Assembly (NCBI GenBank): GCA_965140415.1
Contig: OZ223209.1
Span: 2,720,001-2,784,000, forward strand
Length of the DNA stretch: 64,000 nucleotides
From: Myxococcota bacterium
GTDB taxonomy: Bacteria > Myxococcota_A > SURF-8
Direction: 5' to 3'
Positions 19,140-30,789 of this stretch are shown in pieces; within the stretch, counting starts at the first letter, position 1, and each line of letters begins with the position of its first letter. Made by a program: the position numbers and the translations under genes. The notes under the pieces are model-generated. The model was not told the origin of the DNA, made no database searches, and saw only the letters and a list, made by a program, of their open reading frames with translations.

Positions 19140-22100
19140 CGTCCAGAACCGCCCGCACCTTCTTCGCCAACGCCTGCGGCGTGTAGGGTTTGCCGATGAA
19201 GTCGACGCCTTCGTCCAAAACCCCATGATGGGCGATCACGTTTTCCGTATAGCCGGAGGTGTAGAGGACTTTCATGTTTCCGAATCTCTCTTGAAGCTTC
19301 TCGACCAGTTGTCTGCCGTTCATGTTCGGCATGACGATATCCGTCAACAGGAGGTCGATATGCAGGTTTTCGTCTTCCACTTTGGCCAGCGCGTCTCCGC
19401 CGGAATCCGCGTGGTGGACGGTGTAGCCTTGCCGCTTGAGAATCCTGATGGCGATTTTGCGCACCATGGATTCGTCTTCCACCACCAGGACCGTCTCCGT
19501 CCCCTTCGGCAGATCGTCCATTTCGGTCTTCCTGATGAACGCTTCCGCCCGCTCGACCACCGTCGGGAAATAGACTTTGAAGGTAGTGCCTTCACCCCGT
19601 TCGGAATACACCTCGATATGTCCACCGTGCTGCTTGACGATGCCGTAGACGGTCGCAAGACCCAGGCCCGTTCCTTCGCCTTCCTTCTTTGTCGTAAAGA
19701 ACGGGTCGAACACCTTCTTTCGGGTTTCCTCATCCATACCCTCGCCGTTGTCGGAAACGGCCAGCATGACGTAGTCACCGGGCTCCACGTGCGGATGGGC
19801 GCGGCAATACGCTTCATCCAGCTTCACATCGGCGGTTTCTACGGTAAGTTTTCCTCCGTCCGGCATGGCGTCACGGGCGTTGACGGCCAGATTGACCAGG
19901 ATCTGCTCCACCTGGCCGACATCGGCCTTGACGTGTCCCAATCCTCGCGTCGGGATCGTCTGGAGATCCACATCCTCTCCGATCAGGCGTACGAGCATTT
20001 TGTGCATGTTGTCAATCAGCTCGTTTAGATCGAGCACCTTCGGCTTGATGATCTGTTTGCGGCTGAAGGCCAGAAGCTGGCGAGTCAGATTCGCCGCGCT
20101 GTCTGCAGCTTGATTGATCTCCGACAAAGCATCCAACAGCGGATCACCCGGCGTCAGGTCCATCATGGCCAGCGACACGTTGCCGGTGATGCCGGTGAGC
20201 AGGTTATTGAAGTCGTGGGCCACACCTCCGGCCAGCCGGCCGACCGACTCCATCTTCTGGGCTTGATTCAGTTGCTGTTGCAGCTTCTCTTTTTCTTCGG
20301 CGTCCTGATTGGCTTTTGTAACGTCGTAAATGGCGCCCTGGATGTTTACGGGATTTCCACTGGCATCGGGGATGCAGCGAGCCACGTCGCGCACCCAGCG
20401 CAGGCCTCCGTCCTTACGTTGAATCCGATACTCGCTGTCCGCTACAAACGAGGGGTCGTTCATCAGCCTTTCGCCCAGTTTCCTCACCCGGGGCAAGTCC
20501 TCCTGCAAAATAAGATCGCTCCATACGGTCCGTCCGGAAAGGAAATCCTGCCCATCGTAGCCGGAGATTTCCTTCACCATGCCGTGAAAATAGTAGGGCT
20601 TGAAGGTCAAATGCGACGCCTGATACGCGATGCCGTTGAAGTTTTCGATGAACAGGCGATGCTTCTCCTCGCTGGCCCGCAGCTCCGCTTCCGCCTGTTT
20701 CCGCTCTGAGATGTCTCGTGTGATCCCCTGAACGGCCGTGGGCGCACCCTCCTTGTCATAAACCCATGTGGCGCTTGCCTCGATGTCAAGAATCGATCCG
20801 GCTTTGGTGTGCTGCTGGAATTCTTGCACGATGGAGGGCAAGCGTTCTTCTTTTGGGAGTGCAAGCTGTTCGGCCATGAGATTCATGATCGCTTCGGCCG
20901 ATTCCTCCGTTACATAGTCGGCCACCGTCATCTGCATGACCTCTTCCTGCGTAAAGCCGGTCATCCGCATTACGGATGGACTGACGTAGGAAAAGCGGCC
21001 ATCAAGCTCCATTCTCCAGACGACGTCCGAGGAATTCTCGGCGATGAGACGGTATTTCTCCTCGCTATGTCGAAGCTCCTCTTCGGCGTGCTTACGCTCG
21101 GAGATGTCGCGGATCACCACCAGCGTCCCCTGCCGATCTCCCGATTCAAACAGGGCTCCGTTCAACTCACCCACGAAACGTGATCCATCCCGGCGTTTCA
21201 TCAGCAATTCAAGGTTTCTGGATTTGCCGCCTTCGTTCACCGATTCTTGAAACCCCTGCATGGCCTTCGGAATGGAGGATTCATCCAGAAAATCCATGAA
21301 ATGCCGCCCCAGCATGTCTTCCGCCGCCAAACCGAACACCGACGAGGCCGCTGGAGAGGCATAGGTGATAATCCCCTCCGTATCAGTTAGGGATATGAAA
21401 TCAGTCGACTGTTCTGTCATGGATCGGAAACGCTCTTCACTGGCGTGCAGATCCGATTCCGATTGTTTCACATCCGTGATATCCCGCACCCACTCCACCA
21501 GGTATTCCGCATCGCCATGCTCGTTGTGTATCGGAAAGGCGCGAATTTCCGCCCAGATGCCCTCGACAACCTTTTTTCGCACCAGCACGGTTTCGCCGTT
21601 TTCCAGCACCCGTTTCGCTTCACAATCGGGACACAAATCGTCGAAGCCGCGATAGGTCGTATAGCACTTGCTTCCCAGGACGCGCTTTTCCTGCTCGACA
21701 GCGCCGAAGCCATTCCAGTTGGAGTAGACGATATTCATGTCCCGGTCGTGGACGGAGAGCATGTCGGGAATGGAAGTGAACAGCTTGTCCAATAGCAGTC
21801 TATTCTTTCTGATTTCATCTTCGGACTGCTTGCGTTCGGTGATGTCGGTCATGATGGCGACCATGCCGGTGATGTTGCCGGATGAATTCCTCATCGGTGC
21901 TGCATTGACGGAAAGCAGAATTCGTCGACCATCCGGCGTTTCCACACCGTGCTGAACGTCGAACACGGCGTGACCGGATTGCATGACCCGATTGAAAGCC
22001 AACTGATCGTCGGGAAATGGACCGCCATCGATATCACAGATTTTCCAATGCGGATCGTTGTACGTCCGCTTAAGGAGTTTATCTTTCTGCAACCCGAACA

Positions 22101-23055
22101 ACGCTTCCGCAGCCGGATTGGCATAGCTCAGTCGCCCATCTGGATCCACCACGGTAATGCCGATCGGGCTGGTGTCGGTGATGTTTCTCGTCAACTCGCT
22201 TTGGGAGTATAGCTCTGCTTCGGCGCGTTTTCTGTCCGTTATGTCTCTGACATTGACCTGAATGCCCTCCACCCGTCCTTTTTTCCGTATCAGAGCGGCA
22301 TGAAACTCAACGTAGATCGTATGCCCGTCCTTGTGTCTACACTCCATTTCGACCTGATGCAGTGGATCGTCCTGGGAGAGCACCCGCTTGAACAACTCCA
22401 TGATCCTGGCTACGCTGACCCTGGCGTATTTGGCGAAATACGTGACACGTTTGCCGAGCACCTCTTCCGGCTCAAGGCCGAAAATGTCACGGACGCGGTC
22501 GTTGACATCCACCACCTTTCCCCAGCGGTCGATATACAGGATTTCATCGGGCGAATTATGGAAAATGAGCCGATAGGTGTCCTCCGCCTCGTTGCGCTCC
22601 CTTTCTGCTCTCGCAAGTTCGCTGATGTCCGTTGCGATGTGGACGATGCTCTGCAGGTTTCCAGCGTCATCGAATATCGGTGTACAGGCCACATGATAGG
22701 TTCCATGCATGCCCTGCATGATCATGGTTTCAGCTTGCGGTTTTTTTGAAGCGACTGCTTTTTGAAGGGGACAGCCTTTCGCAGGTCCGGATTCCAGATG
22801 GAACACCTGGTGGCACTTGCGGCCCTTGAGTTCTTCCAAAGAAAGACCGGACACATCCTGGGCGGCTTTGTTGGCATGAAGAATGGTATGATCCGGCGCT
22901 ACGATCAACGCATTATGCGGGATTGCGTCAAGCAATTGAGGCGGCCGAACCATGGAGGCGAGATCATTATCAGTTTCTTTCAGTCTCGCGATCTCCTCCT
23001 TGGCTGCCTGAAGCTCCTCGATCAGCTGCGCCTTGGTTTTTGGGTCATCGGACAC
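19135..23055 (-). CDS. Multi-PAS hybrid sensor histidine kinase/receiver
   Basis: About seven PAS/PAC repeats, [38 protein letters not shown] start after GGAGG. Confidence 0.95.
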   Translation of the reverse strand: MSDDPKTKAQLIEELQAAKEEIARLKETDNDLASMVRPPQLLDAIPHNALIVAPDHTILHANKAAQDVSGLSLEELKGRKCHQVFHLESGPAKGCPLQKAVASKKPQAETMIMQGMHGTYHVACTPIFDDAGNLQSIVHIATDISELARAERERNEAEDTYRLIFHNSPDEILYIDRWGKVVDVNDRVRDIFGLEPEEVLGKRVTYFAKYARVSVARIMELFKRVLSQDDPLHQVEMECRHKDGHTIYVEFHAALIRKKGRVEGIQVNVRDITDRKRAEAELYSQSELTRNITDTSPIGITVVDPDGRLSYANPAAEALFGLQKDKLLKRTYNDPHWKICDIDGGPFPDDQLAFNRVMQSGHAVFDVQHGVETPDGRRILLSVNAAPMRNSSGNITGMVAIMTDITERKQSEDEIRKNRLLLDKLFTSIPDMLSVHDRDMNIVYSNWNGFGAVEQEKRVLGSKCYTTYRGFDDLCPDCEAKRVLENGETVLVRKKVVEGIWAEIRAFPIHNEHGDAEYLVEWVRDITDVKQSESDLHASEERFRSMTEQSTDFISLTDTEGIITYASPAASSVFGLAAEDMLGRHFMDFLDESSIPKAMQGFQESVNEGGKSRNLELLMKRRDGSRFVGELNGALFESGDRQGTLVVIRDISERKHAEEELRHSEEKYRLIAENSSDVVWRMELDGRFSYVSPSVMRMTGFTQEEVMQMTVADYVTEESAEAIMNLMAEQLALPKEERLPSIVQEFQQHTKAGSILDIEASATWVYDKEGAPTAVQGITRDISERKQAEAELRASEEKHRLFIENFNGIAYQASHLTFKPYYFHGMVKEISGYDGQDFLSGRTVWSDLILQEDLPRVRKLGERLMNDPSFVADSEYRIQRKDGGLRWVRDVARCIPDASGNPVNIQGAIYDVTKANQDAEEKEKLQQQLNQAQKMESVGRLAGGVAHDFNNLLTGITGNVSLAMMDLTPGDPLLDALSEINQAADSAANLTRQLLAFSRKQIIKPKVLDLNELIDNMHKMLVRLIGEDVDLQTIPTRGLGHVKADVGQVEQILVNLAVNARDAMPDGGKLTVETADVKLDEAYCRAHPHVEPGDYVMLAVSDNGEGMDEETRKKVFDPFFTTKKEGEGTGLGLATVYGIVKQHGGHIEVYSERGEGTTFKVYFPTVVERAEAFIRKTEMDDLPKGTETVLVVEDESMVRKIAIRILKRQGYTVHHADSGGDALAKVEDENLHIDLLLTDIVMPNMNGRQLVEKLQERFGNMKVLYTSGYTENVIAHHGVLDEGVDFIGKPYTPQALAKKVRAVLDG

Positions 23056-23376
23056 TGCAGCCTCCTTTGCGGCCTGGTGCATACTGCCCTGATAATACAG
23101 CGAATATACTTGCCAATACTGCAAGTCAGTAGCTTACAATGATACCAGATAAAAGGCTAAAGAAAAGTAGGAAAGCACTCTCAATGTAGCAATATACGGT
23201 TTGATCCTGCCGACATGCATCTGAACTGAGATGTTGGCTGAATTCAATCTGTTCTGGTCGCGCCGTTTCCGCGAACTCACCTTCAAGTGACCCACTGCTC
23301 TTCCTGTTCGTGCCAGTTAAGAGAATAGCTCTGCATTTTTCCACCGCCAAACCCTCTGGCTCCTTGCCGCTCAGTA

Positions 23377-23860
23377 TTGCCCGGACAAGTTTGGGTGACC
23401 GTCTCCGGTTTGACGATGATCAGATGTTCTTTCCAGTCTGACCAGCCAGATATTAGTGCATCGCCGTCCACAGGCTCTGCTCACCGAAAAAGACAAATTT
23501 CAAGATGCACTCGGATTTTACAGAAAGCACAAACCGTTCCGAATAGGCGTTCAGGTCGGGGCTTCTGATCGGGAGGCGAATCGGTTTCACACCAGCGTCA
23601 TTGAGAATACGCCGAAATGATGCGCAGAATTTCGTATCTCGATCCATGATCAGATAGCGTTGGCCGTCCAGACACCCCAAATCCGCCATCGCCGCGTTGA
23701 TCGCGCCCCGTTTCATCCAGTCCTCGTTCGGGTTGGGCGTGATGCCTGCAAGATGAACCTTCCGGCTGCCGACCTGGATGAAGAACAGCACGTAGTACGT
23801 AATCAGCCCGAAAGGCGTGAAAACCTCCGTCGTAAAGAAATAGCAGCCGGAAACCTATGT
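23377..23860 (-). pseudogene. Fragmented integrase-core (rve) transposase
   Basis: [10 protein letters not shown]...[23 protein letters not shown] plus a separate WKEHLIIVKPETV piece. Confidence 0.75.
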
Positions 23861-23924
23861 CATGTTTTTTATTCGGTGACGAAGTTTCGTCGGTAAAACT
23901 TCAAAATGCCTTGGCGCGTAGCAC

Positions 23925-24016
23925 CGCGAACATTCGCGCACAATCGACGCACATACGTGACAACTGGGGGAAATATACTATGACCATACGCTGGAGTTGG
24001 GTCTTCCTGTTCCAGC
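23925..24016 (+). repeat. 92-bp leader, copy 1 (copy 2 at 26952-27043)
   Basis: Identical 28-bp core ACTATGACCATACGCTGGAGTTGGGTCT with similar flanks. Confidence 0.85.
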
Positions 24017-24070
24017 GTATTGTTGCCGAATTTCAGCGAGTACACGTGACATGGAAAGGAGAAGAAAGAA

Positions 24071-24520
24071 ATGAGAGTATATGTTGCCCTGTTGGGAATC
24101 CTGATGATGACCTGTATCGCCTGTGGAGACGATTACAACGACCTGGATGTCGAGTTTACGTCCATTGAGGCCGAATACGACGGCATGTATGTCTACGCTT
24201 GGCTGACCCGTGCTGACAATTGTGAAACGCAGTCGGATCGAGTGCAGGAACGGCGCGCGTTGATTGACGGGGCGGAAGCATCTGTGAACTTCATGGATAT
24301 TTCTGCACGCGAGTACCTTCTTTGCGCTTTCGTCGATGTCAACGGCAATGCCGTATATTGGCACGAAGACAGACCAGACGAGGCCGTATATTGGCACGAA
24401 GACAGACCAGACGAGCATCTGCTGGAGTTTGATGCCGGAGATCTTCATGGGTCTACGTATGTGACGCTGGGCGAGGTGGAGTACACGTTTCTCGACACGA
24501 GCACTTGGGAGACTCAGTAG
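24071..24520 (+). CDS. Hypothetical lipoprotein with an internal 33-bp tandem duplication
   Basis: Lipobox CIAC; AVYWHEDRPDE twice (24350-24415). Confidence 0.75.
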   Translation: MRVYVALLGILMMTCIACGDDYNDLDVEFTSIEAEYDGMYVYAWLTRADNCETQSDRVQERRALIDGAEASVNFMDISAREYLLCAFVDVNGNAVYWHEDRPDEAVYWHEDRPDEHLLEFDAGDLHGSTYVTLGEVEYTFLDTSTWETQ

Positions 24521-24670
24521 TTCGGATCCGGTCGTCGCATCAATGCTCCGGGCCTGCATCCAATGTCGTGTCCGAGTGCTCGAACTCGAGACTGGCGGAA
24601 TACTTGTGTTCTGTGGTATTTTAGACAGCGAAAACGTTTCGCCATGAGACAAAAAATGGAGTGACAGTAA

Positions 24671-25384
24671 GTGGATTCTCGCAATTCCATCAATGTAGTC
24701 TTGGTCGAAGACGATAACCGACTTGCCAAGCTTATCGCACAGTACTTCGAAAGACTCGAGGTCCGTGTAGACGTCGCGGTCGACGGGCCCACGGGTGTAC
24801 GTTTGGCGCTCCAGCCGCACGTCGAGTGCGTCTTGCTCGACATCATGCTCCCCGGTTTCAACGGCCTCGAGGTCTGCCGCAGGATCCGCGCGCGCTCCGA
24901 TGTGCCGATCATCATGCTGACAGCGCTCGAGAGCGAAGGAGAGCGCGTGATGGGACTTGAGAAAGGGGCCGATGACTATGTCGTCAAACCCTTCTCGACC
25001 CCGGAACTGCTGGCCCGCGTTCAAGCCATTGTTCGGCGCTACCGTGGCGAGCTCAAACCGGTCGGTGACGTGGTCGAGGCCGGCGATATTCTCGTAAATC
25101 GTCAAACGCGTGAAGCCTGGCTCCGGGGTGAACGATTGGAGCTCACCACCCACGAGTTTGAACTACTTCAGGTCATGGCCGAGCGCGCCGGGCGGGTTCT
25201 CTCTCGCGATCAACTGCTCGAGCTCACTCACGCCGATCCGGCGGCGGCTTTCGACCGCAGCATCGACGGCCATGTCTCGCGTCTTCGCGCCAAGCTCGGG
25301 GATTCGCCACAAAGTCCCTGTTATCTGCGCACGATCCGAGGTGTCGGGTATCAGCTCAATCCGTCTCGCGGGGACGAACCGTGA
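24671..25384 (+). CDS. OmpR-family response regulator
   Basis: VLVEDD, LLDIMLP, GADDYVVKPF, wHTH RSIDGHVSRLRAKL...TIRGVGY. Confidence 0.95.
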   Translation: MDSRNSINVVLVEDDNRLAKLIAQYFERLEVRVDVAVDGPTGVRLALQPHVECVLLDIMLPGFNGLEVCRRIRARSDVPIIMLTALESEGERVMGLEKGADDYVVKPFSTPELLARVQAIVRRYRGELKPVGDVVEAGDILVNRQTREAWLRGERLELTTHEFELLQVMAERAGRVLSRDQLLELTHADPAAAFDRSIDGHVSRLRAKLGDSPQSPCYLRTIRGVGYQLNPSRGDEP

Positions 25385-26781
25385 AGCGACGGATACCTCT
25401 GGCGCTCACGACCTATTTGATAGTGTTCGTGGCCTTCATGGTGTTGTGGTTCGGTCTCGTGTTTCTCCGGGGGCGTGCCGACGTGTCTTGGCGAAGGGCC
25501 GGCAATACGGGGCTCGAGACCGAGCAGCAGGCGACGGCGACCCTGCTGGCGAGAGCTCAGGACGAACCTTGCACGTTAGAGGAGATCGTCGAGTGGAGCC
25601 GCTACAACTACCCGAACCTCAAGTTCGCACTCTTTAACGTCGATGGTGACTTGGTCGTCGGGCACGGTGTCGAGCATCTCGCCGACGTGGACTTCGGAAG
25701 CATCGTCTGGGGAAACCACGACGTCGTCGTGCTCGACGACGGGGCCGAGGTCTCACGCCATCGGAGCCGATCGGGTCGGACGCGTTACGCCATCACCCGT
25801 TACGTTGTTTCGTCGGAACAGTGGCATGTCACCTACGTCAGCTACGGGATCGGCATCGCCGTGGTATTGCTCACGTGGTTCGTGGTGGCGACGATTTTCG
25901 CCCGCATCTTCGCCGTGCCCATTCGCAAGATGGCCGGGACAGCGATCGAGCTGGCCGACGGCAACCTGGCAGCCCGCACGGACCTCGTTCGCCCCGACGA
26001 GATCGGGATGCTCGCGTGTGTGCTCGACCAGATGGCCGAGCGCCTCGATGGTATGCTCCGGTCGCAGCAGGTGCTGATGGCCCAGGTCTCACACGAGCTG
26101 CGCACACCGCTGGCCCGGCTCCGCGTCGCGGTGGATCTGGTGGAAGTTACGAACGGGGAGGAGGCCCGGGAGCAGATCCTGGCGATGAGTGACGACTTGC
26201 TGGAGCTCGAGACTCTGGTGTCGGATGTGCTTGCGCTGTCTCGATTGGACGTAGCGATGGCCCGCGGGGAGGATGGAGGCGCTCTGCGCCGCGACTCCAT
26301 CCAACCATCCGACTGGATACCTTCGGTGCTCGATCGCTTCTCGCGCGCCCACCCCGAGCGTGCGCTGGAGAAACACCTGGCGGCCGACTTGCCGGCGATC
26401 GAGGCGGATCGAGTCTTGATCGGCCGAGTCCTAATGAACCTACTCGACAACGCAGACAAGTATTCGTCCAGAGACTGCCCGATCCGGGTCGAGGCGTCGG
26501 CCGACGGCGATTATCTCGAAGTCCGCGTCGGCGATGATGGTCCCGGCATCCCGGATGAGGATCTAGAGCGGGTATTCGAGCCTTTTTACCGCGGGCGTGC
26601 TGCGACGGAAACGACAACCGGCGGCTACGGTTTGGGGCTCAGTTTCTGCCGCAGGGCGGCACGCCTCTACGACGGCGAAGTGACTCTGGAGAACCACAAG
26701 ACTGGTGGGGTCGACGCCGTGCTGCGATTTCCCACAAAAGCTTCGGACTCCGGATTTCCTCGGGACCATAGCACCAACTGA
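25381..26781 (+). CDS. HAMP sensor histidine kinase
   Basis: Two TM segments, HAMP, SHELRTPL, NLLDNA, DDGPGI, GLGL; GTGA overlap with the regulator. Confidence 0.95.
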   Translation: MKRRIPLALTTYLIVFVAFMVLWFGLVFLRGRADVSWRRAGNTGLETEQQATATLLARAQDEPCTLEEIVEWSRYNYPNLKFALFNVDGDLVVGHGVEHLADVDFGSIVWGNHDVVVLDDGAEVSRHRSRSGRTRYAITRYVVSSEQWHVTYVSYGIGIAVVLLTWFVVATIFARIFAVPIRKMAGTAIELADGNLAARTDLVRPDEIGMLACVLDQMAERLDGMLRSQQVLMAQVSHELRTPLARLRVAVDLVEVTNGEEAREQILAMSDDLLELETLVSDVLALSRLDVAMARGEDGGALRRDSIQPSDWIPSVLDRFSRAHPERALEKHLAADLPAIEADRVLIGRVLMNLLDNADKYSSRDCPIRVEASADGDYLEVRVGDDGPGIPDEDLERVFEPFYRGRAATETTTGGYGLGLSFCRRAARLYDGEVTLENHKTGGVDAVLRFPTKASDSGFPRDHSTN

Positions 26782-26951
26782 CACTCACACCCGAAGCCTT
26801 CGCGTTTTCGGGCTCACACGCAAGAACCGCAGACCCCTTCCAGCCGCTCGGGCCAGTCCCCTGCGGCGCAGAACCGCACCCAGCCAAGGGTAGTCGAGGG
26901 CCGGGCAGGCTAGGCTGCAAAAGGCATATTGGTCGCCAGCAAAGGCCATTA

Positions 26952-27043
26952 CGCGAACATTCGCACACCATCGACGCAAACACGTGCCAATTGGGGGAAA
27001 TACACTATGACCATACGCTGGAGTTGGGTCTATCTATTCCAGC
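26952..27043 (+). repeat. 92-bp leader, copy 2
   Basis: See copy 1 at 23925-24016. Confidence 0.85.
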
Positions 27044-27112
27044 ACTGAATTGCCGGTCACCGTGCATCTCAGAAGGCACGTGCGACATGGAAAATAAACA
27101 AGGAGGAGAATC

Positions 27113-27803
27113 ATGCGCAGAAGTATTTTTTTACCAGGTCGTTTACTTGTTGTCGTATCGTTTCTGGCCATCGGCATTGGAATTCGATGATCCCCAAGAG
27201 TTTGTAGAAGTCGCCCACCACTCTGACTTCGATTTCACCAGTTCTGGCGCTACCTGGGAGGTGTGGATTAAGAAGCCAACCACGACGTCAGGAAGACTGA
27301 TAATTGGGAAATGGGTAGCCTCGTTTGAGGAAAAGTGGCTATACACGAGCAATAAACGTTACTACTTCAGATTATGGAGTGGAAATGATATTGTTTGGCT
27401 TGTGTCAACAAGAGGTTGCGAAACCTTACAAGAATGGAACCACGTTGCTGCAGTTTATGATGCTGACAACGATGAAGTAAGAATTTATCTGAACGGCGAT
27501 TTGCATGATAGTGAAACAGAATCAGGTCGTTCAGCAGGCAATAAGAACGGAAAAATACGCATCGGACAGCATGATCGATTTGATAGTACCTGGGATGCTT
27601 TTAAAGGTCAAATTGACGAAATCCGCATCAGCAACACAGCTCGCTATGGCCAGGAGAGCTTTGAGCCGCCTTTGACTTTCACCAACGACGAGTATATTAC
27701 AGCTCTTTGGAAGATGGACGATGAGAATCCGAGTCAACTGACTGATTATTCTGGCAATGGCCACCATGGCACCATTAACGGCCCGGCGTATGTGCCGAGG
27801 TGA
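27113..27803 (+). CDS. LamG/concanavalin-like domain protein; 5' end possibly frameshifted
   Basis: ALEFD...TWEVWIK...WNHVAAVYD...FKGQIDEIRIS...DYSGNGHHG; the ATG after the strong RBS is in a different frame. Confidence 0.75.
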
Positions 27804-27808
27804 GTTAA

Positions 27809-29085
27809 GGCAACCTCTATTAATGCGTTTTGAGACCGGCGACTTTCACATTTCCTCGATTTCAGTTTGAGTTCCTATTTGCTTTGCAGATTTTGAGACC
27901 CATCCACCATAGACTTTCGATCCATTTCGCATAGAGCTGAAGAGATCAGCTGCCATGTACCCCGATTCATCCCGCCGCCTGCGCCAAACCGGCGTAGCGA
28001 TCCAGGTTGTAGGCCAGATTGCGCAGGCCGATCTTGACGCTCGCCCGCACCAGACCCTCCACGTGGACGATCCCATCACCCACCCGCTTCGCCTGAATCC
28101 CGAACACATGTTCCACCCGGCTGCGTATCCTGGCGCGCGTGCGGTTGCCTCTTTGCTCCCAATCCGTCAAGGGACGATTGCGATAACCCTTGCGTTGCAG
28201 ATGCTCGCGGAATCCATCGGCCTTCAGGTTCTGCATGTTCTCTTCCGAACGATAGGCCGAATCCGCCCATACGTCACGGCTGGTGTTGGACTCATCCAGC
28301 AACTCCTCAAACACCCGGCTGTCGTGAACCGCCGCGTCGGTCACGGCGTAGCTGCGGACGAACTTGTGTTTCACGTCCACGGAAATATGATTCTTGTAAC
28401 CATAGTAGGTGACGCCGCGCTTCTTCGTCCAGCGCGCATCCACATCCTTCTGCCGCCGCTTCGCTTCACTCCAGTCGCCCGGAGCATCGCCTTGCTTGAT
28501 CGTCTCGTTCTCGTCCCGACGGTTGCGCTGTTTGGGCACGGACACGATACTCGCGTCCACGATTTGACCCTTCTGGGCCGCAAAGCCATGCTCTGTAAGA
28601 AACGCATTGAACTGTACGAAAATAGTCTCGACCAGACCCGCCTCCTTCAACCGTTCCCGAAACAGCCAGATGGTTTTGGCGTCCGGCACGGCGTCGCCAA
28701 GCTCCAGCCCCAAAAAACGCATGAAAGAAAGGCGGTCGAGCACCTGCTGCTCGGTCTGGTCGTCGGAGAGATTATAGAGCGACTGCAACACCAGCATCTT
28801 GAACATCAGGATCACATCGAAAGGTTTGCGCCCGGCCGTGCTTTTACGCGGCTTGTCGTGAATCGTTTCAAGCCCCTCGCGAAAAGATTCCCAGGGAACC
28901 AGGGCGTTCAACTTGCTCAACGGGTCGCCGTTGCGGTCGATCTTTTTCAGGCGGAACTGTAAATCGAAGAGACCGGGGGACGACATGGCAAAAGGCCTTT
29001 CAATAGTGGGGAAGAGCGATAATACTGAGTATATCAGACAATCATTTTCACTTCATGGAAATTCAGTTCATTTTTAGAGGTAGCC
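27809..29085 (-). mobile_element. Complete IS5-family insertion sequence
   Basis: IRs GGCAACCTCTA / TAGAGGTAGCC with TTAA on both sides (27805-27808, 29086-29089). Confidence 0.92.
27967..28986 (-). CDS. IS5-family transposase
   Basis: IVDASIV, DVDARWTKK, GYKNH, WADSAY, RSRVEHVFG. Confidence 0.95.
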   Translation of the reverse strand: MSSPGLFDLQFRLKKIDRNGDPLSKLNALVPWESFREGLETIHDKPRKSTAGRKPFDVILMFKMLVLQSLYNLSDDQTEQQVLDRLSFMRFLGLELGDAVPDAKTIWLFRERLKEAGLVETIFVQFNAFLTEHGFAAQKGQIVDASIVSVPKQRNRRDENETIKQGDAPGDWSEAKRRQKDVDARWTKKRGVTYYGYKNHISVDVKHKFVRSYAVTDAAVHDSRVFEELLDESNTSRDVWADSAYRSEENMQNLKADGFREHLQRKGYRNRPLTDWEQRGNRTRARIRSRVEHVFGIQAKRVGDGIVHVEGLVRASVKIGLRNLAYNLDRYAGLAQAAG

Positions 29086-29429
29086 TTAACTTGACCCTCG
29101 CATAAAGGCGAGGGCTTTTGACCTGCTTTTTCCGACTTGTCGCGCAACTCGTCTCATCATGACCGGGGGGGTATTGGATTCTTGCGGGAGCCGTCTTATC
29201 TTATCTGCTTTTACGTTTGGCTGCTCAATACCAGGGTGGCAAGCTGAAACAGTGGTTTCGTTTTCATCGTCTGACTCCTTTCTGAAATCGCATTCTCAGA
29301 TTGCTAACTGTCTTTACATAAAAGATGCTGAAATCGGTTTGACGTTACAATATTTTTTCGCACCGAAGTGTTTTTCTAGAATGATCATTGCTAGCTTGTT
29401 GACACTAAAAGAAGAGGCCGAAACCTGCG

Positions 29430-29688
29430 AGCTTTACGCAATAACATTATGGAAGAAATAGAGCGAGTTGAGCAAGAAGGCAGTGATTTCTCGGCTCTGT
29501 TCCCGCTCATTTCGGGCGAGCGTGCCCGTCAAGTCTGGAAAAACGGTGATGCTCAAAATGCGATGCTCACGGTAGGGCAATCTGTTGGTCGGATCGATGA
29601 TATCCCCACCGTTGCCGAACTCGTCTCTCGCATGGTGACAGAGTGTCAGCAATCGTTGAATTTAGCGCAACAACAGGTAGGAAGTTAG
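29430..29688 (+). pseudogene. C-terminal remnant of nitronate monooxygenase/FabK-like gene
   Basis: RALRN...GQSVGRIDDIPTVAELVSRM; no N-terminal part upstream. Confidence 0.65.
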
Positions 29689-29743
29689 GTCATATTGGAT
29701 CTGTTCTGCCGCTGTGTGTAGATTAAAGGATCTGGGCAGCTTA

Positions 29744-30160
29744 TTAAGATAAGCGATGCCACACTGCTCGTTCTAATGTCTCCGTTAAATTCGACAGGAC
29801 ACGTTGTTGGATAAATATCGTCTCCATAATGGCTTTTAGGCTGTTGTTTTCGACACTTGCTTCCTTACTTAAATCAACCTTCCGCATAGACCAGTCTGGG
29901 AAGATCCTTTTGGCAACATTGTCTTCTTGATTTAATACCAGAACATCCTGATGACGACTATCGCTTCGAATTCGTCCCATTAGCGGGTCAATTGTTTCCT
30001 CTGGTCCTTCGATTATCTGGAAAAACAGGTCACCTGAGACCATAAAGACCCCAGTGATGTCATCCCGCTTGTTGTTAGCGGCAGCCTTGTCAGCCAACTC
30101 TTGAATATCCTCAGATGAAAGAGCCTGCGCAAAACGGCTGATATACTTGATTCTCTTCAT
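29744..30160 (-). CDS. BLUF-domain blue-light sensor
   Basis: KYISR, NNKRDDITG, FFQIIEG, IRSDSRH, RIFPDWSM (conserved Tyr, Gln, Met). Confidence 0.93.
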   Translation of the reverse strand: MKRIKYISRFAQALSSEDIQELADKAAANNKRDDITGVFMVSGDLFFQIIEGPEETIDPLMGRIRSDSRHQDVLVLNQEDNVAKRIFPDWSMRKVDLSKEASVENNSLKAIMETIFIQQRVLSNLTETLERAVWHRLS

Positions 30161-30184
30161 CGCTATCTCCTTATCATTTGCTAA

Positions 30185-30634
30185 CTATGACTTGTCTGCG
30201 TATTCTTTTATTCGAGTCGCCAGCCATCTTGCATGGTCAGCTTCCTGTTCGGCAATTTTCAAGAGTGTTTCACGATCGTTTCCTTCAAACTGGTCTGCTA
30301 GGGCGGAGTAAAATAGCTCAGCATTGTTTTCGGCGTCTTTGGCCAAGACGAGAGCATCCTCATAAGAGATTTCATCAGCGTTTTTCCATATGGAAACCGT
30401 TTCGACAAAATCAACCTCTCTGTCTGCTTGATCCGGCAGGGCGGCAGCATCCATTGTCCGCCATATTTCTTCTATCTGCCGTTTGTGTTCTTGTTCCTTT
30501 TCCGCCATTTCATCGAAAAAGGATTGAGCACTTTCGTTATCCGTGTATTCTTTGAGTGACCTGTAAAAGTCGCTCGATGCCTGCTCCGATTCGATGGCAT
30601 TCCGTAGGGCTTGGCGTATGCTAAATTTCTCCAT
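30185..30634 (-). CDS. Rubrerythrin/ferritin-like protein
   Basis: AIESE...FY...EQEH and AE...FY...EADH di-iron motifs. Confidence 0.88.
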   Translation of the reverse strand: MEKFSIRQALRNAIESEQASSDFYRSLKEYTDNESAQSFFDEMAEKEQEHKRQIEEIWRTMDAAALPDQADREVDFVETVSIWKNADEISYEDALVLAKDAENNAELFYSALADQFEGNDRETLLKIAEQEADHARWLATRIKEYADKS

Positions 30635-30789
30635 GTTGCACCTCTCGATTTCCCATTTATTAAACGGAATTGTACCGCACACCTTTAAAACTTCCAACGA
30701 TTAAACAAATAGATTTTCATTTCACTTAAATCGAGGGTACTATGCTATGATCGAATCGTGAGGAAACATAAACAACGAGGAAATGAACA

